The notes under the pieces: model-generated
What the model was told of the DNA's origin: nothing
Seen by the model: only the letters and a program-made list of their open reading frames with translations
Database searches by the model: none
Shown: piece after piece, positions 54,049 through 64,000 of the stretch
Layout of the letters: each line of letters starts with the position of its first letter
Numbering within the stretch: position 1 is the first letter of the stretch
NCBI GenBank assembly: GCA_038496445.1
Contig: JALMLS010000390.1
Coordinates: 1-64,000 of the forward strand
Direction: 5' to 3'
Source: Trichosphaerium sp. ATCC 40318
Taxonomy: Eukaryota > Protista > Tubulinea
DNA: 64,000 bases
Translations under genes and position numbers: made by a program

Positions 54049-54180
54049 GCATCAGATGAAGGCATCAAAGCTCTTTCTACCATTCACACCATCAACCTTT
54101 GCAAGCCTTCAGTGACAGATGAAGGTTTACAAGCGCTTTCAGGTGTTAATAGCATCAACTTGGTGAAAAGCACTTGCTGG
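54049..54180 (+). pseudogene. Leucine-rich-repeat gene fragment
   Basis: Two LRR units, SDEGIKALSTIHTINL and TDEGLQALSGVNSINL, preceded by an in-frame stop. Confidence 0.6.
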
Positions 54181-54284
54181 TATTCATACCATGTTTATTT
54201 TATTATCATTAAGTGCTTTGTATTTTCCAAACCAGTGCGTCAGCAGCAGCTTTTGTAATTTTGGTTTTTAACTCCATTTAGTCC

Positions 54285-57196
54285 ATGGTAAGTACTTTCT
54301 TTGACTCTTGTGACTTTTTTTTATTTGGAGGTTAACACAACTTTGGAAAGATGACATCAAATAAACAGCGACCAACGTATTTTAGCAAATAAAAACTCGT
54401 AGTAAACTATTGTGATTGACTCCAACGGTTTTTTCAGTTGGTTTCTTTCCGCGCTTGTATCGCTTGTTTCTTTGAGCTTACTCTTCGTTTTTAGATATAC
54501 TGAATATTTGAACGCTAGTAAAGTTGTGACGGACAGTAAACTTAGTGTACACGTGCTTTAAAAAAAAGTTTAAAAAGTAATCACAAAAATGAACTAGGAT
54601 TGGGATACACTTGTGGAACTTTACAACAAGTCTATGACCGAAATCAGTCACCCAGAATTCAAGGTAGTACTATGAGAATGAAAATATGTTAAAATGATTG
54701 TATACTTAGGAGCCAATACTCCTCCAAGCCATCAGGAAGAATAAAATCTTGGTTAGTCCTCGCGTTTTTTTTTGTTTTTGCCTAACAACCAAGAAGACTG
54801 CACTGGCTTTACTTGAAACTTTGGGCTTTCAAGGTATTTCATTTGAATCATGGGCTAACATTATAGATGAAGGATGTCCTGGTATATACCATGTATTCAG
54901 TACGTCACTCGTAATTATTCCACGTGCTTACCAAGGGTTTTTTTATTTTTTTTCACTAACCTAATAGGCGATCAGTTTTTTTACAAAAATCGATTGTACT
55001 CTCACCTTCAAGTCATTGAGCTACGAACGGAAAATCACTGTATTGGTACAAAAGAGTGTTGGGTTGAATACAGTAACATGGAATTAAGGTGATGCAATAT
55101 ACGCAGAAACATGGACCAGACAATGTTTGTCAAAGTCAACAATACCCAGAAACGAGTTTAGATCCATTCGAATACCACTTCCTGAGTACCCTTTTGATAA
55201 AGGTAATCAAAAGATTTAGAATTTTATTAACTTATAAATACTCTTTATTACACAGGAGATGAAGTAGAAGTAATGTTTACAAAGTCAGGAAAAACTGTCG
55301 CTGTAAAGTCATTTGAAGAATCTTTGCACTCAACTGATATTTATTGGGTACGCCCTGTTGCTCTTGGAAATTGGTGTTTTCATGAGTTATTTTTTGTGCC
55401 GAGTATCTTTAATTGATATTTAATCCTTCAGATACCAGGGGTCATTCGATCAAGAATATCAAGTTCAAACAGACAGATGTTTGAAGTAGGAATAAATGAA
55501 AATCCTAAAATTTTTACTTAGTATTTAGGTGGTTCTGGATGCAAACAACATACAAGTTGTTAGAGTATTTTCTACCCAATTATCACTAATACGGTCAACC
55601 AGTAAGTTTATTGTTATAAGTCTGAACTCAAACGCGATAGCAACAAAACAATTGTAAAATGAAAAAACAATCTTTTTTTTTGCCTAATAAACGAACTCAA
55701 CCTTGACATGTTATGCAGATAAAATACTACTTCACAAGAATAACGGGAAATTTGAACTATCCAGACACTATGGGCTATCTCTCAGAAGCAACATTTTCGC
55801 AAAAAGGTTAGTTCGTACTTAACTTTTTTTTATTGGTTTAAGTTCTAATGTGGATCTTAGCGTGCCAATAAAGCTCATCACTTGTCAAAAGTGCCAGTGC
55901 AGTAAAAATATGACATTTTCTAATTTGAATAAAATAGACGCATCAGATAAATATAACTGCGATAAATGTATCACGTGCGAGCATTGCGGTAAGACACAAT
56001 TTATACACTTTTTTTTTGAAATATGTTTGAGTCTCATTGTAACGCTCAGGTAAAGATGGTTGGTCTAAAAAGCGTTGTATGCTTCGAAGATGTATCGCAT
56101 GCTATTTATCTGGATGGTGTTGTAATTTAGATAGTGCTGGCGTATGTAGTAAATGCAGTGAGTACAAGGTACAATATATAGAGCTAGATTTAGAAGACGA
56201 CGATGACATTCAATTACATACATCTCCTCAAATTCCCATTCCAGAAGCTCCTCTTACTAAACCCTCTGATGAAAACGTAAGCTTTTTTGTTTGTGCTTTA
56301 CAACAGTAGTGTACATTTACTAAACAATGACAAAGGAGTTTCAAGAAGAAGAGTTAAAACTTGATCTTAGTGTGGAGAGCGATTATGATAGTTTAGACTA
56401 TGCTTCGACTGATTCTCCTTCGGATTGTGCGTTTTTGATAGAGGCATTAGCAAAACCAGATAAAAAATACAATAGCATTGACGGCAATCGATCACTTGTT
56501 ATCAAACCGGAGGAACCAGCCAACGTTGAAGTTGAGGTACCATACAATTGTAGCTTAAATAAACTCACCTGTGGTTTTTTACTTCTTAGAACAAGCCGAT
56601 TGATGAGCATCCAGTTGTCATGCAGGACATTACTCATAAACCAATATTGCCAGTCGCATCAACAAAACAAGTTGTTGTGGATTTGACTGAAGAAGATGAA
56701 GACGAACAAATGGCTGATTCTCAGAACATAAATGGCCACTCGTCGCCACCTACACCTATATCTAACGTCCCTGATGCTATGTTGAGTAATGAATATGAAG
56801 AGAATGAAATAATGAAGGAGTTCTCAAGAGGATACAAGTCTTAGAAGTAGACAGTGGAGAGCAAGAAAAGATTTTCTTGCAGTTAAAGAAAAAGCGGAAG
56901 AAAATATCAAGAAATGTAAAGAACGACTTGCTACTATTAAGAAGAGTCAAGGGGATTTGAAGAGGAAGACAAAGGATTCTCTAAAGAGGAAGAAAAAGAT
57001 ACCTAAAAGTATTTATAGAGAAGGATCAGATAAAGAATTGGAACAAGTTGATGATGTTATTTCAATACTTATAAAATTGATTGATGAACAATTGGATCTA
57101 TTACCTGAAAGAGAAAAAATAGAATTATACATTAAAGATCAAGAAAAAATATTGGCAACGGCTGATACTGAATTAGAAAAGCTTGACAAATTATAG
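54285..57196 (+). CDS. Hypothetical protein: Tudor/Agenet-like domain, Cys-rich Zn-finger-like region, acidic region and coiled coil
   Basis: FDKGDEVEV..YWIPGVI..FEVVLD; several CxxC pairs at 55880-56160; coiled-coil end. 5' exons uncertain. Confidence 0.6.
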
Positions 57197-57448
57197 CGAA
57201 AAATAAACGGACAAAACAATCTTAATAAAATCCGAATGAAGTTTTTTGTTGATACTATTTACCAAGCGGAAGGCGCTCTCTTCAGCTATGTGGATGACGT
57301 GCTACCTATAACCTATTAATGTCTTTAACTTAGACTTGAATATTTTTGATACTTCTTTTTAGCTCTAAAACACGTGCTGCGCACAAACTCGTCACAAAAA
57401 CGATTATGTATCAAAAAGTTTTTATTTTGATGGTTTCTTATTTTTTTC

Positions 57449-58687
57449 TTACAAAGAAGCCTTCAATAGTGACCCAGCAGGTTTATCTAAGAACCATATG
57501 AGACTGTTCTTAGGTGATATTAACTTTGCTGGAATATCACCCCAAGCTACATTTTTATCTTCCATAACACGAGCTAGTACTTCTTTTTTTGAGTCACCTA
57601 GAACAAAAAACCATAATTAACAATACGACTCATTTTTGTTCAAATCTGGCGTGCCTGCAGCAACAAAAATTGCAGTAGATGATGCATTAATCATATCCAA
57701 TGTTAGTGTAATACGTTTTGGAGGCGGCTGTAGATAATAAGTACTCCAAAGTAAGAAATAACGCAAAGTGACGGAGAAAACCCTTACTTTTGGAGAGTTA
57801 GCAATGCAAGCTGCGATGCCCTTAGCCTTGAGTAAGTCATGTCCTGGGAACAGAGAAGCTGTATGTCTATTCAATTATCAATTTAAGATAACACAGCAAG
57901 TAAGGGACTCACCCATCTGGACCCATGCCAAGAATCATAACATCTGTTGAAGGAAGAGCATCTATTGAAGAACAGCCAACTTTTGAAGATATTTCTGAAG
58001 CATACTTCTTTGTTGCTTCTTCCAATGTCAAGCTTGAATCAACTGTGATTACAGTAGGTTGTTTAGGGAGATGTTTTAATAGAGCCTCTTTTGTTCCACT
58101 AACACGTGTCAAATTGCAAAAAAAAAGCACGTGACATTGCCAGGCGAGACGGTTTTTTTTTCGTTGTCCGAAACAAAAATAGTTCGCGCTCATTGATTGG
58201 GTAACTACGCGAGTAGATAGTGTGTAATTTGGAAAAAGAGAAACACCGTAAGTAAAGAAAATAGCGTTGAGTCTAGCTGGCAACTGTAGCGTACCCATAG
58301 TTACTGTCTTTGTCAGTGAGAGGTACGAAACGCTCATCAGCGAAGAAAACTACCCATTTATCCCACTCAATGGTACTAACATGAGGTTCGGTGACCTGAA
58401 GTGAGTTTTTAGCGTCTGCTGCTAATACCGGCGAAAAAACGTACCAAACAAGACGCAAATAGTGTCGTAGAGGATCCTAGTATATTAGCGATCTATAAAT
58501 GATAGTTTACGTACCTCCTGACAAGCCTATTGTAAATTTTCCTTTATCCTGTGAATAATTACTATTTAACGCATCAACATAGACTACTACGCACAGCAAT
58601 AGCTTTTTTAGATAAATCAACAACAATCTCAGCTAATTGCTGTGATATCTCTTGTTTATTAGCGCAAACTTTAACCGTTGTACTCAT
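57449..58687 (-). CDS. PGLS: 6-phosphogluconolactonase
   Basis: FTIGLSGGS, FADERFVP..DSNY, LGMGPDGHTASLFP, SPKPPPKRITLT, WFLD. Confidence 0.95.
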
Positions 58688-58772
58688 GATGTGAAACAAA
58701 GCGTTTTAAACAACTGCTTAATACTACTGATTTTGACAGGAAAAAACTTCAAAATCGCCTTGTTTTCCAGCA

Positions 58773-61099
58773 ATGCAGCTAGTGTTCGCTAGTATCCTTT
58801 TTTTATTTGTGCCCATAATAATAGCTCAAATGGCACCAACTCCACCTCGTGGTTGGAACAGTTATGGCACGTTTTTTCAGCAACAAACAACTTTCTCAAA
58901 CTTTTTTTAACTCTTACTTGATTTACAGATAGTTTTACGTGGATTGTACCTGAGGAAGCATTCCTTGAGAACTGCGAGTGGATGTCAAAGTAATTGTTTT
59001 TCGTTTTTATGCAAAAAGCTAACTAGAACACTTACAAAGAAACCTACTTCAACACGCATACGAGTATTGTGTAATAGGCAAGTTTTTATTCTTTTTTAGA
59101 GTTCCTCTATAACGGTTCTTGTTAAACGTGTTGTATTAGATTATCTGTGGTATCAAGATCTTAAAAACCAGACTTACAATTACATTGACGACTATGGAAG
59201 AGTACGATCAAACTTCAACAACAAAAACGTGATACTTTGCTTTTTTCTTGATTACTACTTTTTGCTATATGTTTTATTTAACATTGGCTTTGATATAGCT
59301 CATTCCAGATCCAAACAGGTGGCCTTCAAGCAAAGGGGCCTTGGTTTTAAACCAGTGGCTGATAAAGTACACGCTATGGGTACACCCTTACTACTTATAG
59401 AGTTTGTGAATGATGTTAATCTAGGATTAAAGTTCGGTATTCACATTATGAGGGGCATCTCAGATGCAGCTGTAGTGCGTGTTAAACCTTGTTATTACAA
59501 CGTAGAGAGTTGATAAAAGAATGTAGGCTGCTAATTCTCCAATAAAAGGAACTTCACTGCACGCAAGAGATGTTGCACTAGTAAATGAAAAGTACGTTAT
59601 AAAAACTTGTTTCTAAATTACCAGTATCACAATAGATGCCCATGGAAGACGGACTTTCAAAGTGTTGATGTCACGAAACCTGAAGGACAGGTAAAATGGC
59701 ATAAATAAAAATGTAAAACTAACACGTGATTGTGTTAAGATGTTCTACGATTCCTTGTATGAACAATATGCATCATGGGACGTAGATTTCATAAAAAACG
59801 ACTGTGTATGATAAACAATCCTAATATCTTGAAATGCTGCCTATTGATGCAAATTCTTTAGATGTTTGGCGGCCAATTTGTTCCTGATCAGATCAGAGGT
59901 TGGTAGAAAATAACCATACCAACGCAACTAACAAACATTTTTGTTAACATTAGCGGTATCTAAGGCCATATCTAACTCTAAGGCACATTAATCAAATGTA
60001 GACATATTGCTCTTAATATTGACATTAACTAGCGCCCAATGGTTTACTCCTTATCAGCGGGAACAGCAAAAGAGACTGAGATTGCATCAGCAAAAGAAAT
60101 ATATAAAATTGTTAACATGTATCGGATTGCAGGAGATGATTGGTAGCTGTCTTCTGGCATACCAATCTGTTAACTAGTTGTTTAAGGGATGTCTGGAAGA
60201 ATGTTCTAGATCATTTTGATATTACAGCAAACATGACAAGAGCAGGGCTGACAGGAGCTCAAGGAAAAGGTTTGTTTTATCAAAAATAATAAAAGAGCTA
60301 GCATCTAGCACTTAACACTTACCAAGATGGATTATCGTGGCCTGACTTGGACATGCTACCTTTTGGATGGATCACTAGCCCGGGCAGTACCAAGGTGCCA
60401 ATTTAATTAAACTTCTCTTTGAAAGAAAAGGACCTATTTTCTGTAGATTAAGGGCGCTTAAAGTTGGATATTAGGGCCCGTACAGAAACTGCAGTTTGAC
60501 ACATGATGAGCAAACAACCCAAGTACGTATGGTAGACTTATTATTTAATCCAACGGCATAGATGTCTCTCTGGTGTATTGCAAAGAGCCCTCTAATGTTT
60601 GGTGGTAAGAACAAGATTAGTAAATAACTTAATCACTTTGAGCTGACAGGTGACATGCGTAAGATGGATCCGTTTACATTGAATATATTGACGAACAAGG
60701 AAATGCTTAACATAAACGCATATTCAAAACAAAATGAACAAGTGTGGAAGAAAGGGTAACCAAACCAATTTAAATTCAAACTGTTTCTCACTCACCAACC
60801 CGCAATAGTAACCAAAGGCTTTGGAAAGCTGTCCACAATGATACAGTATATGCTGCTATGTTCAATACAGGAGAAGAAGCACAAGAATTCAATCTCATTT
60901 TCAGTGATGTGAAGCTACAGGTACAAACTTCTATTTTATCAAAACCAAACACAACTTAATTGTAACTCATGTCTTAAAGGGATCTTGTCATCTAACAAAT
61001 GTATGGAGCCAACAATCACTAGGGTCATTTACAAATGAATATACAACTTCTCTTAAACCTCATGAAAGTCAAGTCGTAGCAATAAGAGACTGTCATTAA
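58773..61099 (+). CDS. Secreted GH27 glycoside hydrolase (alpha-galactosidase family), one apparent frameshift
   Basis: PPRGWNSYD, IDYLWY, DDYGR..PDPNRWP, GLKFGIHIMRG, WDVDFIKNDC, YRIAGDDWD, WPDLDMLPFG, SPLMFGGD. Confidence 0.92.
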
Positions 61100-61390
61100 T
61101 AAAAAATTGTTTCCCCATCTTATCTTGTTCATACAACTTCTTTAAAAGCGCCTATAAAGCAATATTGGCACCACTCGTAAGTCCCAAACATAAAGAAAAG
61201 CTTAAATACCTGATTTAAAAACGACTACGGGTCAAATCATAAGTTTGAGATAATTATTACAAATGAGAGTACAAAGAGGGCCTAAAAACAGGTACATGTG
61301 GTTCTCTACACAGTAGTCTATTTAATAGGAAGCTAGAAACAGTCCCAAAGGCACCACAAGGTGTGGGGTAGTAGCGGTTTTAAGTAAAAC

Positions 61391-63081
61391 CTACTTTTTA
61401 CCCTTTTTCTTATTGAAAACTTTATCCCATATTTTACGCAAGACAACCTGCAGTTCTGCCTTGAGTTTATCATTCTCATCACAAGCGAAAAGTTGATCAA
61501 GAGTTTCCTTTTTACGCAAGTAGTCAATCATTTCATTCATTCTAAAAAAACATTCATAAGACAACTAATACACTCTACAAGCTAAAACAAGCACAAAAAA
61601 AAAAAAGAAAAATAAGAAAAATCAAAACAAGAATTTCAAAACGCGTAAACTCCCAAAATACGCCAAATTACGTTGGGAGTATTACAGTGCTATTGAGAAA
61701 ACACGTACTTGTCCATATTTTTTTCAGTCAAGTACGGTCTAATTAATTTATCGATTTCCTTTTGTAGGTTTGCTATATCAGCGCCAAGCTTATCAGGTTC
61801 ATAAGCAAACGACATTTCACAATAATCCAAAACATTAGACCAAATAGGTTTAATCAATGGAATAGGACTGAGAAGCTCTAAATAATACTCCGTAAGCATT
61901 TTATAGTGTAATTAAAATATACATAGTACTGTAAAAGTATAAAACTGCAAGGGAAAAAAGATCTACGCGTTCAAGAAGAAACTCAAACGCGTAAACAAAC
62001 GGCTTTTTCTTGTGTTCGAAAAATAAAACTGGCATAAAAAAGCATGTATCCTCAAGGGTACCTTCTCTAGTAACACGACCATTTTTAAACAAAAGCACAA
62101 TCTTAACGAGAATACGTATTGTACCATCCTCAATGTCTTTTGCTTTATCTTTACCGTCTTTACTCTCTACTACGGCCTAAAACAAATAAGAATTTTAGTG
62201 TTTAAAGCGAGAATGTAAGAATTAATGAAAAAAACAAAATATTCTCTGTAGACGCCAAACAAAATAAAAATAAAATAAATTGTCCTTAAATGGTTCCTAC
62301 CTTGATCATGTCCATAACTTTAACACCATCAGAGCCTATAGCGTCCCTGACTACTTTTTTTCCTTTAGATGTGCTCATTGCGATACTCCCTGCTTTTTTC
62401 TGCATCTTTAGCTTTAGTGTTTGTTTCTAATGTACAGTAAGTCTCAAAATAGACTGGTAGTGGTGGACATTTTATGTTTTTTTGTTCACGAGGTTCTGGT
62501 TTAACGTGTACCTTTCCCTTTTTCTTTTTAGACTTCTTGTCTTGCTTGACGTTAGCCTCTATCTCTTTTATCCACTCTTTAGGGGCGTCTGTAAAAAATT
62601 GATAAGTGCTGCCATCTTTTGTAACCAACGAGAAGGACTCCTTCGTCTTTTCGACTTTAGCCGATTTTAAGTCTATAACTTCTTGTGCCTCGTCGTCCTA
62701 TCCTGATCAGAAACAATAGCGTAAAAACAACACTAAGGCACTCTATAACTATAGAAACGCCATGCGTGATACACGCAACAAAAAACCGGTTGAAAACGAC
62801 ACTTTTTGGCTCCAATAAAGCTCAGGTGAATGAGGTGATCATCGGAGCAATTAACAAAGCCAGTTTTGCGCGAAACACAGTGTTTTGAAACCCGTAAGCC
62901 GGATCTTTTGTGCTCATAATAACAAAGTCGTCGGAGAACGTACCTCTTCCTTATTTTTGTACAACAGAGATGTACCAGCAATCAAAACCCAGAATTTGCT
63001 CCTCTTTTCCTTTGGTGCTACTACTTCAAGCTCCCCTTCTTTGTCAATAAACAAATCGCAATATACATCATCGTCACCCAT
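61391..63081 (-). CDS. PH domain fused to a TNFAIP8/TIPE (DUF758)-like domain
   Basis: PH: DKEGEL..FWVLIAG..VIDL..EWIKEI. TIPE-like: LKMQKK, AKDIEDGTIRILVKIVLLFKNG, IRPYLTEKNMDKMNEMIDYL. Confidence 0.8.
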
Positions 63082-64000
63082 CTCGTGAGGTTTTCAAGTG
63101 CAGCAAGAGGCTATTTTGCTATTTTCGGACGGTCTAAAAACGTAAACAAAAAAAGAAACAGCTTAATTGTACAAGCCAAAAACCGTACTTGTAGTACTAT
63201 GTAAGGTAGATTATCATGTTTCTGTTTGATCAAATCGGCATAGAAGGATGATTCTGCAGCGTTTGAGTTAAACTCCGTATGAATATTGTTTATGGTATTG
63301 ATAGGCGTAGTAGAACAATTTCGTGGCATGACGAATTCTATTGTTCAAATCAAGCTATTGTAAGAAATTGATTTATTGGCTTTTCTTTCTGCTACAAGAA
63401 CTTCTTGTTTTAGCCGACGAGCTTTTTCTGCAAGAGTACACATAATTTACGCGCCAATCTTCTACGCAGAGAAAGTACACCGGAGTAGATTGCCAAGCAA
63501 TTAATTTGATTAAGCGGCTACAGTGATGTCTGAAGAGCGCTGCGCACTGTCAGTTGTTCGAAACTAAACAGAATATACTTGAACTGCACGGGAACTGTTT
63601 AAGCATACGCGGACTCTGCTTGAGTGGTTCTTTTTGATATATACGCGCTAGTTTTAGGATGAAAATGTCAAAAAGCTTAACACATAATTCAATTCAATGT
63701 GCTCTGTTACTACTAGAGGTTAACGCCAAGTCTTTCCCTGGACTTGTATGACGATTTACCCAACAAACGATAAAATTGTGTCTTAGCACGTTTTATTTGC
63801 TCTTTACTAGGTAGGTGGAACAGTCTTTGTTGATAAAGTATTCAATAAACTAAATCACGTGTCAATTTGCGAAGAAAACTGTCATTAATCCATGTTAAAG
63901 TTTCAAAAACCTATCTTGAGTTTGCTGTAAAATCTCAATATCTCATGCCGTTCAGTTGATTGTGGGTGGTAATAATGATTGTGGAGTATCTAAACCACAA

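Noticed and set aside
62805-62850. Short stem with GATGAT and CTGA in a long intron (box C/D snoRNA-like, minus strand)
   Set aside because: Box C is imperfect and the spacing is too short.
63111-63329. 72-aa ORF upstream of PH-TIPE
   Set aside because: I could not splice it in frame to the PH exon; no motif.
1-64000. Alternative genetic code, or a functional cluster of pseudoenzymes
   Set aside because: Internal stops are explained by introns, and TAA and TAG end genes normally. The altered-site proteins are unrelated, and neighbours such as DUS2, MUS81 and 6PGL are canonical, so co-location is not evidence of a system.

Overview
Eukaryotic nuclear DNA: AT-rich, gene-dense and very intron-rich (most introns about 35-100 nt, donors mostly GTACG/GTAAG/GTATG), so the ORF track only shows exon fragments. 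Splicing by eye gives about 22 protein-coding genes plus 2-3 decayed loci. These include an NF038122-like GPI pseudoprotease, a PSI protein, a 2xC2/Gly-rich/DUF7932-like protein, UNC-93, a WD40-containing formin, DUS2, ABCG, a Cys-repeat GPI surface protein, a divergent actin, a SadA-like protein, a C2-arrestin, MUS81, a Cu monooxygenase, a BOR1-type SLC4, PITP, a Tudor/Zn-finger protein, 6PGL, GH27 and PH-TNFAIP8. The gene content suggests an amoebozoan protist (inference). No rRNA, tRNA, CRISPR or intact transposon was seen. The strongest unexplained signals are: (1) CACGTG is about 8-fold over-represented and mostly intronic; (2) a U12-type intron with GT-CG ends in PITP; (3) at least 10 GC-AG introns; (4) several proteins with altered catalytic or ligand residues. 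All family assignments come from remembered motifs, not database searches, and gene ends rest on manual splicing.
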